In this document: positions 1 to 18,000 of the stretch, piece after piece | Position numbering within the stretch: the stretch's first letter is position 1 | Layout: every line of letters begins with the position of its first letter | Assembly (NCBI GenBank): GCA_964016885.1 | Contig: OZ024754.1 | Location: forward strand, 24,800,001 to 24,864,000 | Direction of reading: 5' to 3' | Origin: Eledone cirrhosa | Taxonomy: Eukaryota | Length of the DNA: 64,000 nucleotides | The notes under the pieces: model-generated | Databases searched by the model: none | The model's input: the letters and a program-made list of their open reading frames with translations, nothing else | Told to the model about the DNA's origin: nothing | Translations under genes and position numbers: made by a program

Positions 1-3000
1 AACAACGACAATAACGATAGTACTAACAACAACAATAACGATAGTACTAACAACAACAATAACGATAGTACTAACAACAACAACAATAACGATAGTACTA
101 ACAACAACAAGAATAACAATAGTACTAACAACAACAAATATAACGATAGTACTAACAGCAACAACAATAACGATAGTACTAACAACAACAACAATAACGA
201 TAGTACTAACAACAACAACAATAACGATAGTACTAACAACAACAAGAATAACAATAGTACTAACAACAACAACAATAACGATAGTACTAACAGCAACAAC
301 AATAACGATAGTACGAACAACAACAACAATAACGATAGTACTAACAACAACAAGAATAACAACAGTACTAACAACAACAACAATAACGATAGTACTAACA
401 ACAACAAGAATAACAATAGTACTAACAGCAACAACAATAACGATAGTACTAACAACAACATCAATAACAATAGTACTAACAACAACAACAATAACGATAG
501 TACTAACAACAACAACAATAACGATAGTACTAACAACAACAAGAATAACAATAGTACTAACAGCAACAACAATAACGATAGTACTAACAACAACAACAAT
601 AACGATAGTACTAACAGCAACAACAATAACGATAGTACTAACAACAACAATAACAATAGTACTAACAACAACAACAATAACGATAGTACTAACAACAACA
701 ATAATGATAGTACTAACAACAACAATAATGATAGTACTAACAACAACAATAACGATAGTACTAACAACAACAATAACAATAGTACTAACAACAACAACAA
801 TAACGATAGTACTAACAACAACAATAACGATAGTACTTACAACAACAATAACGATAGTACTAACAACAACAATAACGATAGTAATAACAACAACAATAAT
901 AACAATAGTACTAACAACAACAATAACAATAGTACTAACAACAACAACAATAACGATAGTACTTACAACAACAATAACGATAGTAGTAACAACAACAATA
1001 ACGATAGTACTAACAACAACAATAACGATAGTACTAACAACAACAACAATAACGATAGTACTAACAACAACAATAACGATAGTACTAACAACAACAACAA
1101 TAAGGATAGTACTAACAACAACAACAATAACGATAGTACTAACAACAACAACAATAACGATAGTACTAACAACAACAATAACGATAGTACTAACAACAAC
1201 AATAACAATAGTACTAACAACAACAACAATAACGATAGTACTAACAACAACAATAACAATAGTACTAACAACAACAACAATAACGATAGTACTAACAACA
1301 ACAATAACGATAGTACTAACAGCAACAATAACGATAGTACTAACAACAACAACAATAACGATAGAACTAACAACAACAACAATAACGATAGTACTAACAG
1401 CAACAATAACGATAGTACTAACAACAACAATAACGATAGTACTAACAACAACAACAATAACGATAGTACTAACGACAACAACAATAACGATAGTACTAAC
1501 AACAACAACAATAACGATAGTACTAACAACAACAATAATGATAGTACTAACAACAACAATAACAATAGTACTAACAACAACAACAATAACGATAGTACTA
1601 ACAACAACAATAACGATAGTACTAACAGCAACAATAACGATAGTACTAACAACAACAACAATAACGATAGTACTAACAACAACAATAACGATAGTACTAA
1701 CAACAACAATAACGATAGTACTAACAACAACAACAATAACGATAGTACTAACAACAACAATAACGATAGTACTAACAGCAACAATAACGATAGTACTAAC
1801 AACAACAACAATAACGATAGTACTAACAACAACAATAACGATATTACTAACAACAACAATAACGATAGTACTAACAACAACAATAACGATAGTACTAACA
1901 ACAACAATAACGATAGTACTAACAACAACATTAACGATAGTACTAACAACAACAATAACGATAGTACTAACAGCAACAATAACGATAGTACTAGCAACAA
2001 CAACAATAACGATAGTACTAACAACAACAATAACGATAGTACTAACAACAACAATAACAATAGTACTAACAACAACAACAATCACGATAGTAATAACAAC
2101 AACAATAACAATAGTACTAACAACAACAACAACAATAACAATAGTACTAACAACAACAACAATAACGATAGTACTAACAGCAACAATAACGATAGTACTA
2201 ACAACAACAATAACGATAGTACTAACAATAACAACAATAACGATAGTACTAACGACAACAACAATAACGATAGTACTAACAACAACAACAATAACGATAG
2301 TACTAACAACAACAATAACGATAGTACTAACAACAACAATAACGATAGTACTAACAACAACAACAATAACGATAGTACTTACAACAACAATAACGATAGT
2401 ACTAACAGCAACAATAACGATAGTACTAACAACAACAATAACGATAGTACTAACAACAACAACAATAACGATAGTACTAACAACAACAATAATGATAGTA
2501 CTAACAACAACGACAATAACGATAGTACTAACAACAACAATAACGATAGTACTAACAACAACAATAACGATAGTACTAACAGCAACAATAATGATAGTAC
2601 TAACAACAACGACAATAACGATAGTACTAACAACAACAATAACGATAGTACTAACAACAACAATAACGATAGTACTAACAGCAACAATAACGATAGTACT
2701 AACAACAACAAAAATAACGATAATACTAACAACAACAACAATAACGATAGTACTAACAACAACAATAACGATAGTACTAACAACAACAATAACGATAGTA
2801 CTAACAACAACAATAACGATAGTACTAACAACAACAATAACGATAGTACTAACAGCAACAATAACGATAGTACTAACAACAACAACAATAACGATAGTAC
2901 TAACAACAACAATAACGATAGTACTAACAACAACAATAACGATAGTACTAACAACAACAATAACGATAGTACTAACAGCAACAATAACGATAGTACTAAC

Positions 3001-6000
3001 AACAACAACAATAACGATAGTACTAACAACAACAATAACGATAGTACTAACAACAACAACAATAACGATAGTACTAACAACAACAATAACGATAGTACTA
3101 ACAACAACAACAATAACGATAGTACTAACAACAACAATAACGATAGTACTTACAACAACAATAACGATAGTACTAACAACAACAATAACGATAGTACTAA
3201 CAACAACAATAACGATAGTACTAACAACAACAACAATAACGATAGTACTAACAACAACAACAATAACGATAGTACTAACAACAACAATAACGATAGTACT
3301 AACAACAACAATAACAATAGTACTAACAATAACAACAATAACGACAGTACTAACAACAACAACAATAACGATAGTACTAACAACAACAACAATAAAGATA
3401 GTACTAACAACAACAACAATAACGATAGTACTAACAACAACAATAACGATACTACTAACAACAACAAGAATAACAATAGTACTAACAACAACAACAATAA
3501 CGATAGTACTAACAACAACAATAACGATAGTACTAACAACAACAATAACGATAGTACTAACAACAACAACAATAACGATAGTACTAACAACAACAACAAT
3601 AATGATAGTACTAACAGCAACACAATAACGATAGTACTAACAACAACAATAACGATAGTACTAACAACAACAATAACGATAGTACTAACAACAACAATAA
3701 CGATAGTACTAACAACAACAACAATAACGATAGTACTAACAACAACAACAATAACGATAGTACTAACAACAACAACAATAACGATAGTACTAACAACAAC
3801 AATAACGATAGTACTAACAACAACAATAACAATAGTACTAACAACAACAACAATAACGATAGTACTAACAACAACAATAACGATAGTACTAACAGCAACA
3901 ATAACGATAGTACTAACAACAACAACAATAACGATAGTACTAACAACAACAATAACGATAGTACTAACAACAACAATAACGATAGTACTAACAACAACAA
4001 CAATAACGATAGTACTAACAACAACAATAACGATAGTACTAACAACAACAATAACAATAGTACTAACAACAACAACAATAACGATAGTACTAACAGCAAC
4101 AATAACAATAGTACTAACAACAACAACAATAACGATAGTACTAACAACAACAACAACGATAGTACTAACAGCAACAATAACAATAGTACTAACAACAACA
4201 ACAATAACGATAGTACTAACAACAACAACAATAACGATAGTACTAACAGCAACAATAAAGATAGTACTAACAACAACAATAACGATAGTACTAACAACAA
4301 CAACAATAACGATAGTACTAACGACAACAACAATAACGATAGTACTAACAACAACAACAATAACAATAGTACTAACAACAACAATAACGATAGTACTAAC
4401 AACAACAATAACGATAGTACTAACAACAACAACAATAACGATAGTACTTACAACAACAATAACGATAGTACTAACAACAACAATAACGATAGTACTAACA
4501 ACAACAACAATAACGATAGTACTAACAACAACAATAACGATAGTACTAACAACAACAACAATAACGATAGTACTTACAACAACAATAACGATAGTACTAA
4601 CAACAACAATAACGATAGTACTAACAACAACAACAATAACGATAGTACTAACGACAACAACAATAACGATAGTACTAACAACAACAACAATAACAATAGT
4701 ACTTACAACAACAATAACGATAGTACTAACAACAACAATAACGATAGTACTAACAACAACAACAATAACGATAGTACTAACAACAACAATAACGATAGTA
4801 CTAACAACAACAACAATAACAATAGTACTAACAACAACAATAACGATAGTACTAACAACAACAATAACGATAGTACTAACAACAACAACAATAACGATAG
4901 TACTAACAACAACAATAACGATAGTACTAACAACAACAACAATAACGATAGTACATATAACAACAATAACGATAGTACTAACAACAAAAATAACGATAGT
5001 ACTAAAAACAACAATAACGATAGTACTAACAGCAACAACAATAACGATAGTACTAACAACAACAATAACGATAGTACTAACAACAACAACAATAACGATA
5101 GTACTTACAACAACAATAATGATAGTACATATAACAACAATAACGATAGTACTAACAACAACAATAACGATAGTACTAACAACAACAATAACGATAGTAC
5201 TAACAACAACAATAACGATAGTACTAACAGCAACAATAACGATAGTACTAACAACAACAATAATGATAGTACTAACAACAACAACAATAACGATAGTACT
5301 AACAACAACAATAACGATAGTACTAACAACAACAATAACGATAGTACTAACAGCAACAATAACGATAGTACTAACAACAACAACAATAACGATAGTACTA
5401 ACAACAACAATAACGATAGTACTAACAACAACAATAACGATAGTACTAACAACAACAATAACGATAGTACTAACAGCAACAATAACGATAGTACTAACAA
5501 CAACAACAATAACGATAGTACTAACAACAACAATAACGATAGTACTAACAACAACAATAACGATAGTACTAACAGCAACAATAACGATAGTACTAACAAC
5601 AACAACAATAACGATAGTACTAACAACAACAACAATAACGATAGTACTAACAACAACAATAACGATAGTACTAAGAACAACAACAATAACGATAGAACTA
5701 ACAACAACAATAACGATAGTACTTACAACAACAATAACGATAGTACTAACAACAACAATAACGATAGTACTAACAACAACAATAACGATAGTACTAACAA
5801 CAACAACAATAACGATAGTACTAACAACAACAACAATAACGATAGTACTAACAACAACAATAACGATAGTACTAACAACAACAATAACGATAGTACTAAC
5901 AATAACAACAATAACGATAGTACTAACAACAACAACAATAACGATAGTACTAACAACAACAACAATAAAGATAGTACTAACAACAACAACAATAACGATA

Positions 6001-9000
6001 GTACTAACAACAACAATAACGATACTACTAACAACAACAAGAATAACAATAGTACTAACAACAACAACAATAACGATAGTACTAACAACAACAAGAATAA
6101 CGATACTACTAACAACAACAAGAATAACAATAGTACTAACAACAACAACAATAATGATAGTACTAACAACAACAATAACGATAGTACTAACAACAACAAT
6201 AACGATAGTACTAACAACAACAACAATAACGATAGTACTAACAACAACAACAATAACGATAGTACTAACAGCAACACAATAACGATAGTACTAACAACAA
6301 CAATAACGATAGTACTAACAACAACAATAACGATAGTACTAACAACAACAATAACGATAGTACTAACAACAACAACAATAACGATAGTACTAACAACAAC
6401 AACAATAACGATAGTACTAACAGCAACACAATAACGATAGTACTAACAACAACAATAACGATAGTACTAACAACAACAATAACGATAGTACTAACAACAA
6501 CAACAATAACGATAGTACTAACAACAACAACAATAACGATAGTACTAACAGCAACACAATAACGATAGTACTAACAACAACAATAACGATAGTACTAACA
6601 ACAACAATAACGATAGTACTAACAACAACAATAACGATAGTACTAACAACAACAACAATAACGATAGTACTAACAACAACAACAATAACGATAGTACTAA
6701 CAACAACAACAATAACGATAGTACTAACAACAACAATAACGATAGTACTAACAACAACAATAACAATAGTACTAACAACAACAACAATAACGATAGTACT
6801 AACAACAACAATAACGATAGTACTAACAGCAACAATAACGATAGTACTAACAGCAACAATAACGATAGTACTAACAACAACAACAATAACGATAGTACTA
6901 ACAACAACAATAACGATAGTACTAACAACAACAATAACGATAGTACTAACAGCAACAATAACGATAGTACTAACAACAACAACAATAACGATAGTACTAA
7001 CAACAACAATAACGATAGTACTAACAACAACAATAACGATAGTACTAACAACAACAATAACGATAGTACTAACAGCAACAATAACGATAGTACTAACAAC
7101 AACAACAATAACGATAGTACTAACAACAACAATAACGATAGTACTAACAACAACAACAATAACGATAGTACTAACAACAACAATAACGATAGTACTAACA
7201 ACAAAAACAATAACGATAGTACTAACAACAACAATAACGATAGTACTTACAACAACAATAACGATAGTACTAACAACAACAATAACGATAGTACTAACAA
7301 CAACAATAACGATAGTACTAACAACAACAACAATAACGATAGTACTAACAACAACAACAATAACTATAGTACTAACAACAACAATAACGATAGTACTAAC
7401 AACAACAATAACGATAGTACTAACAATAACAACAATAACGATAGTACTAACAACAACAACAATAACGATAGTACTAACAACAACAACAATAAAGATAGTA
7501 CTAACAACAACAACAATAACGATAGTACTAACAACAACAATAACGATACTACTAACAACAACAAGAATAACAATAGTACTAACAACAACAACAATAACGA
7601 TAGTACTAACAACAACAATAACGATAATACTAACAACAACAATAACGATAGTACTAACAACAACAACAATAACGATAGTACTAACAACAACAACAATAAC
7701 GATAGTACTAACAGCAACACAATAACGATAGTACTAACAACAACAATAACGATAGTACTAACAACAACAATAACGATAGTACTAACAACAACAACAATAA
7801 CAATAGTACTAACAACAACAACGATAACGATAGTACTAACAACAACAACAATAACGATAGTACTAACAACAACAAGAATAACAATAATACTAACAGCAAC
7901 AACAATAACGATAGTACTAACAACAACAATAACGATAGTACTAACAACAACAACAATAACGATAGTACTAACAGCAACAACAATAACGATAGTATTAACA
8001 ACAACAATAACAATAGTACTAACAACAACAACAATAACGATAGTACTAACAACAACAATAACGATAGTACTAACAATAACAACAATAACGATAGTACTAA
8101 CAACAACAACAATAACGATAGTACTAACAACAACAATAACGATAGTACTAACAGCAACAACAATAACGATAGTACTAACAACAACAATAATGATAGTACT
8201 AACAACAACAACAATAACGATAGTACTAACAACAACAACAATAACAATAGTACTAACAACAACAACAATAACGATAGTACTAACAACAACAATAACAATA
8301 GTACTAACAGCAACAACAATAACGATAGTACTAACAACAACAACAATAACAATAGTACTAATAACAACAACAATAACGATAGTACTAACAACAACAACAA
8401 TAACGATAGTACTAACAGCAACAACAATAACGATAGTACTAACAACAACAATAACAATAATACTAACAACAACAATAACGATAGTACTAACAACAACAAT
8501 AATGATAGTACTAACAACAACAATAACGATAGTACTAACAACAACAATAACAATAGTACTAACAACAACAACAATAACGATAGTACTAACAACAACAATA
8601 ACGATAGTACTAACAACAACAACAATAACGATAGTACTAACAACAACAATAACAATAGTACTAACAACAACAACAATAAGGATAGTACTAACAACAACAA
8701 TAACGATAGTACTTACAACAACAATAACGACAGTACTAACAACAACAATAACAATAGTACTAACAACAACAACAATAACGATAGTACTAACAACAACAAT
8801 AATGATAGTACTAACAACAACAATAACGATAGTACTAACAACAACAATAACAATAGTACTAACAACAACAACAATAACGATAGTACTAACAACAACAATA
8901 ACGATAGTACTTACAACAACAATAACGATAGTACTAACAACAACAATAACGATAGTACTAACAACAACAATAACAATAGTACTAACAACAACAACAATAA

Positions 9001-12000
9001 CGATAGTACTAACAACAACAATAATGATAGTACTTACAATAACAATAACGATAGTACTAACAACAACAATAACGATAGTACTAACAACAACAATAACGAT
9101 AGTACTTACAACAACAATAACGATAGTACTAACAACAACAATAACGATAGTACTAACAACAACAATAACAATAGTACTAACAACAACAACAATAACGATA
9201 GTACTAACAACAACAATAACGATAGTACTAACAACATCAATAACAATAGTACTAACAACAACAACAATAACGATGGTACTAACAACAACAATAATGATAG
9301 TACTTACAACAACAATAACGATAGTACTAACAACAACAATAACGATAGTACTAACAACAACAATAACGATAGTAATAACTACAACAATAACGATAGTACT
9401 AACAACAACAATAACGATAGTACTTACAACAACAATAACGATAGTACTAACAACAACAATAACGATAGTACTAACAACAACAATAACGATAGTACTAACA
9501 GCAACAATAACGATAGTACTAACAACAACAATAACGATAGTAGTAACAGCAACAATAACGATAGTACTAACAACAACAACAATAACGATAGTACTAACAA
9601 CAACAACAATAACGATAGTACTAACAGCAACAATAACGATAGTACTAACAACAACAATAACGATAGTACTAACAACAGCAATAACGATAGTACTAACAAC
9701 AACAACAATAACGATAGTACTTGCAACAACAATAACGATAGTACTAACAACAACAATAACGATAGTACTAACAGCAACAATAACGATAGTACTAACAACA
9801 ACAATAACGATAGTACTAACAACAACAACAATAATGATAGTACTAACAACAACAATAACGATAGTACAAACAACAACAACAATAACGATAGTACTAACAA
9901 CAACAATAACGATAGTACTAACAACAACAATAACGATAGTACTAACAACAACAATAACGATAGTACTAACAACAACAACAATAACGATAGTACTAGCAAC
10001 AACAAGAATAACGATAGTACTAACAACAACAACAATAACGATAGTACTAACAACAACAACAATAACGATAGTACTAACAACAACAACAATAACAATAGTA
10101 CTAACAACAACAACAATAACGATAGTACTAACAACAACAACAATAATGATAGTACTAACAACAGCAAGAATAACAATAATACTAACAGCAACAACAATAA
10201 CGATAGTACTAACAACAACAATAACGATAGTACTAACAACAACAACAATAACGATAGTACTAACAGCAACAACAATAACGATAGTACTAACAACAACAAT
10301 AAAAATAGTACTAACAACAACAACAATAACGATAGTACTAACAACAACAATAATGATAGTACTAACAACAACAATAATGATAGTACTAACAACAACAATA
10401 ACGATAGTACTAACAACAACATTAACGATAGTACTAACAACAACAATAACAATAGTACTAACAGCAACAACAATAACGATAGTACTAACAACATCAACAA
10501 TAACGATAGTACTAACAACAACAATAATGATAGTACTAACAACAATAATGATAGTACTAACAACAACAATAACGATAGTACTAACAACAACATTAACGAT
10601 AGTACTAACAACAACAATAACAATAGTACTAACAGCAACAACAATAACGATAGTACTAACAACATCAACAATAACGATAGTACTAACAACAACAATAATG
10701 ATAGTACTAACAACAACAATAATGATAGTACTAACAACAACGATAACGATAGTACTAACAACAACAATAACAATAGTACTAACAACAACAACAACAATAA
10801 CGATAGTACTAACAACAACAATAACGATAGTACTTACAACAACAATAACGATAGTACTAACAACAACAATAACGATAGTACTAACAACAACAATAACAAT
10901 AGTACTAACAACAACAACAATAACGATAGTACTAACAACAACAATAATGATAGTACTTACAACAACAATAACGATAATACTAACAACAACAACAATAACG
11001 ATAGTAATAACAACAACAATAACGATAGTACTAACAACAACAATAACGATAGTACTAACAACAACAATAACGATAGTACTAACAACAACAATAACGATAG
11101 TAATAACAACAACAATAACGATAATACTAACAACAACAACAATAACGATAGTACTAACAACAACAATAACGATAGTACTAACAACAACAATAATGATAGT
11201 ACTAACAACAACAATAATGATAGTACTAACAACAACAATAACGATAGTACTAACAACAACAATAACGATAGTAATAACAACAACAATAACGATAATACTA
11301 ACAACAACAACAATAACGATAGTAATAACAACAACAATAACGATAGTACTTACAACAACAATAACGATAGTACTAACAGCAACAATAACGATAGTACTAA
11401 CAACAACAATAACGATAGTACTAACAACAACAATAACGATAGTAATAACAACAACAATAACGATAGTACTAACAACAACAACAATAACGATAGTACTTAC
11501 AACAACAATAACGATAGTACTAACAACAACAATAACGATAGTACTAACAGCAACAATAACGATAGTACTAACAACAACAATAACGATAGTACTAACAACA
11601 ACAACAATAATGATAGTACTAACAACAACAATAACGATAGTACAAACAACAACAACAATAACGATAGTACATACAACAACAATAACGATAGTACTAACAA
11701 CAACAATAACGATAGTACTAACAACAACAACAATAATGATAGTACTAACAACAACAATAACGATAGTACAAACAACAACAACAATAACGATAGTACATAC
11801 AACAACAATAACGATAGTACTAACAACAACAACAATAACGATAGTACTAACAACAACAATAACGATAGTACTAACAGCAACAACAATAATGATAGTACTA
11901 ACAACAACAACAATAACAATAGTACTAACAACAACAATAACGATAGTACTTACAACAACAATAACGATAGTACTAACAACAACAATAACGATAGTACTAA

Positions 12001-15000
12001 CAACAACAATAACGATAGTACTAACAACAACAATAACGATAGTACTAACAGCAACAACAATAACGATAGTACTAACAACAACAATAACGATAGTACTAAC
12101 AACAACAACAATAACGATAGTACTTACAACAACAATAACGATAGTACTAACAACAACAATAACGATAGTACTAACAACAACAATAACGATAGTACTAACA
12201 ACAACAACAATAACGATAGTACTAACAACAACAACAATAACGATCGTACTAACAACAACAATAACGATAGTACTAACAACAACAATAACGATAGTACTAA
12301 CAATAACAACAATAACGATAGCACTAACAACAACAACAATAACGATAGTACTAACAACAACAACAATAACGATAGTACTAACAACATCAACAATAACGAT
12401 AGTACTAACAACAACAATAACGATAGTACTAACAACAACAATAACGATAGTACTAACAACAACAATAATGATAGTACTAACAACAACAACAATAACGATA
12501 GTACTAACAACAACAATAACGATAGTACTAACAACAACAACAATAACGATAGTACTAACAACAACAACAATAACGATAGTACTAACAACATCAATAACGA
12601 TAGTACTAACAGCAACAATAACGATAGTACTAACAACAACAACAATAACGATAGTACTAACAACAACAACAATAACGATAGTACTAACAACAACAATAAC
12701 GATAGTACTAACAACAACAACAATAACGATAGTACTAACAACAACAACAATAACGATAGTACTAACAACAACAATAACGATAGTACTAACAGCAACAATA
12801 ACGATAGTACTAACAACAACAACAATAACGATAGTACTAACAACAACAATAACGATAGTACTAACAACAACAACAATAACGATAGTACTAACAACAACAA
12901 CAATAACGATAGTACTAACAACAACAATAACGATAGTACTAACAGCAACAATAACGATAGGACTAACAACAACAACAATAACGATAGTACTAACAACAAA
13001 AATAACGATAGTACTAACAGCAACAACAATAACGATAGTAATAACAACAACAACAATAACGATAGTACTAACAACAACAACAATAACGATAGTACTAACA
13101 GCAACAACAATAACGCTAGTACTAACAACAACAACAATAACGATAGTACTAACAACAACAACAATAACGATAGTACTAACAACAACAATAATGATAGTAC
13201 TAACAACAATAACAATAACGATAGTACTAACAACAACAACAATAACGATAATACTAACAACAACAACAATAACGATAGTACTAACAACAACAATAACGAT
13301 AGTACTAACAGCAACAACAATAATGATAGTACTAACAACAACAACAATAACAATAGTACTAACAACAACAACAATAACGATAGTACTAACAACAACAATA
13401 ACGATAGTACTAACAGCAACAACAATAACGATAGTACTAACAACAACAACAATAACGATAGTACTAACAACAACAACAATAACGATAGTACTAACAACAA
13501 CAACAATAACGATAGTACTAACAACAACAATAATGATAGTACTAACAACAACAACAATAACAATAGTACTAACAACAACAACAATAACGATAGTACTAAC
13601 AACAACAATAATGATAGTACTAACAACAACAACAATAACGATAGTACTAACAACAACAACAATAATGATAGTACTAACAACAACAACAATAACAATAGTA
13701 CTAACAACAACAATAACGATAGTACTAACAGCAACAACAATAACGATAGTACTAACAACAACAACAATAACGATAGTACTAACAACAACAACAATAACGA
13801 TAGTACTAACAACAACAACAATAACGATAGTACTAACAACAACAATAATGATAGTACTAACAACAACAACAATAACAATAGTACTAACAACAACAACAAT
13901 AACGATAGTACTAACAACAACAACAATAACGATAGTACTAACAACAACAACAATAATGATAGTACTAACAACAACAACAATAACGAAAGTACTAACAACA
14001 ACAACAATAACGATAGTACTAACAACAACAATAATGATAGTACTAACAACAACAACAATAACGATAGTACTAACAACAACAACAATAACGATAGTACTAA
14101 CAACAACAACAATAACGATAGTACTAACAACAACAACAATAATGATAGTACTAACAACAACAATAACGATAGTACTAACAGCAACAATAACGATAGTACT
14201 AACAACAACAACAATAACGATAGTACTAACAACAACAATAACGATAGTACTAACAACAACAACAATAACGATAGTACTAACAACAACAACAATAACGATA
14301 GTACTAACAACAACAATAACGATAGTACTAACAGCAACAATAACGATAGTACTAACAACAACAACAATAACGATAGTACTAACAACAAAAATAACGATAG
14401 TACTAACAGCAACAACAATAACGATAGTAATAACAACAACAACAATAACGATAGTACTAACAACAACAACAATAACGTTAGTACTAACAGCAACAACAAT
14501 AACGCTAGTACTAACAACAACAACAATAACGATAGTACTAACAACAACAACAATAACGATAGTACTAACAACAACAATAATGATAGTACTAACAACAACA
14601 ACAATAACGATAGTACTAACAACAACAACAATAACGATAGTACTAACAACAACAACAATAACGATAGTACTAACAACAACAATAACGATAGTACTAACAG
14701 CAACAACAATAATGATAGTACTAACAACAACAACAATAACAATAGTACTAACAACAACAACAATAACGATAGTACTAACAACAACAATAACGATAGTACT
14801 AACAGCAACAACAATAACGATAGTACTAACAACAACAACAATAACGATAGTACTAACAACAACAACAATAACGATAGTACTAACAACAACAATAACGATA
14901 GTACTAACAGCAACAACAATAACGATAGTACTAACAACAACAATAACGATAGTACTAACAACAACAACAATAACGATAGTACTTACAACAACAATAACGA

Positions 15001-18000
15001 TAGTACTAACAACAACAATAACGATAGTACTAACAACAACAATAACGATAGTACTAACAACAACAACAATAACGATAGTACTAACAACAACAACAATAAC
15101 GATCGTACTAACAACAACAATAACGATAGTACTAACAACAACAATAACGATAGTACTAACAATAACAACAATAACGATAGCACTAACAACAACAACAATA
15201 ACGATAGTACTAACAACAACAACAATAACGATAGTACTAACAACATCAACAATAACGATAGTACTAACAACAACAATAACGATAGTACTAACAACAACAA
15301 TAACGATAGTGCTAACAACAACAATAATGATAGTACTAACAACAACAACAATAACGATAGAACTAACAACAACAATAACGATAGTACTAACAACAACAAC
15401 AATAACGATAGTACTAACAACAACAACAATAACGATAGTACTAACAACATCAATAACGATAGTACTAACAGCAACAATAACGATAGTACTAACAACAACA
15501 ACAATAACGATAGTACTAACAACAACAACAATAACGATAGTACTAACAACAACAATAACGATAGTACTAACAACAACAACAATAACGATAGTACTAACAA
15601 CAACAAAAATAACGATAGTACTAACAACAACAATAACGATAGTACTAACAGCAACAATAACGATAGTACTAACAACAACAACAATAACGATAGTACTAAC
15701 AACAACAATAACGATAGTACTAACAACAACAACAATAACGATAGTACTAACAACAACAACAATAACGATAGTACTAACAACAACAATAACGATAGTACTA
15801 ACAGCAACAATAACGATAGTACTAACAACAACAACAATAACGATAGTACTAACAACAAAAATAACGATAGTACTAACAGCAACAACAATAACGATAGTAA
15901 TAACAACAACAACAATAACGATAGTACTAACAACAACAACAATAACGATAGTACTAACAGCAACAACAATAACGCTAGTACTAACAACAACAACAATAAC
16001 GATAGTACTAACAACAACAACAATAACGATAGTACTAACAACAACAATAATGATAGTACTAACAACAACAACAATAACGATAGTACTAACAACAACAACA
16101 ATAACGATAGTACTAACAACAACAACAATAACGATAGTACTAACAACAACAATAACGATAGTACTAACAGCAACAACAATAATGATAGTACTAACAACAA
16201 CAACAATAACAATAGTACTAACAACAACAACAATAACGATAGTACTAACAACAACAATAACGATAGTACTAACAGCAACAACAATAACGATAGTACTAAC
16301 AACAACAACAATAACGATAGTACTAACAACAACAACAATAACGATAGTACTAACAACAACAACAATAACGATAGTACTAACAACAACAATAATGATAGTA
16401 CTAACAACAACAACAATAACAATAGTACTAACAACAACAACAATAACGATAGTACTAACAACAACAACAATAATGATAGTACTAACAACAACAACAATAA
16501 CGATAGTACTAACAACAACAACAATAACGATAGTACTAACAACAACAATAATGATAGTACTAACAACAACAACAATAACGATAGTACTAACAACAACAAC
16601 AATAACGATAGTACTAACAACAACAACAATAACGATAGTACTAACAACAACAACAATAACGATAGTACTAACAACAACAATAACGATAGTACTAACAGCA
16701 ACAATAACGATAGTACTAACAACAACAACAATAACGATAGTACTAACAACAACAATAACGATAGTACTAACAACAACAACAATAACGATAGTACTAACAA
16801 CAACAACAATAACGATAGTACTAACAACAACAATAACGATAGTACTAACAGCAACAATAACGATAGTACTAACAACAACAACAATAACGATAGTACTAAC
16901 AACAAAAATAACGATAGTACTAACAGCAACAACAATAACGATAGTAATAACAACAACAACAATAACGATAGTACTAACAACAACAACAATAACGATAGTA
17001 CTAACAGCAACAACAATAACGCTAGTACTAACAACAACAACAATAACGATAGTACTAACAACAACAACAATAACGATAGTACTAACAACAACAATAATGA
17101 TAGTACTAACAACAACAACAATAACGATAGTACTAACAACAACAACAATAACGATAGTACTAACAACAACAACAATAACGATAGTACTAACAACAACAAT
17201 AACGATAGTACTAACAGCAACAACAATAATGATAGTACTAACAACAACAACAATAACAATAGTACTAACAACAACAACAATAACGATAGTACTAACAACA
17301 ACAATAACGATAGTACTAACAGCAACAACAATAACGATAGTACTAACAACAACAACAATAACGATAGTACTAACAACAACAACAATAACGATAGTACTAA
17401 CAACAACAATAATGATAGTACTAACAACAACAACAATAACGATAGTACTAACAACAACAACAATAATGATAGTACTAACAACAACAACAATAACAATAGT
17501 ACTAACAACAACAATAACGATAGTACTAACAGCAACAACAATAACGATAGTACTAACAACAACAACAATAACGATAGTACTAACAACAACAATAATGATA
17601 GTACTAACAACAACAACAATAACGATAGTACTAACAACAACAACAATAATGATAGTACTAACAACAACAACAATAACGATAGTACTAACAACAACAACAA
17701 TAACGATAGTACTAACAACAACAATAATGATAGTACTAACAACAACAACAATAACGATAGTACTAACAACAACAACAATAATGATAGTACTAACAACAAC
17801 AACAATAACGATAGTACTAACAACAACAATAATGATAGTACTAACAACAACAACAATAACGATAGTACTAACAACAACAACAATAATGATAGTACTAACA
17901 ACAACAACAATAACAATAGTACTAACAACAACAACAATAACGATAGTACTAACAACAACAATAATGATAGTACTAACAACAACAACAATAACGATAGTAC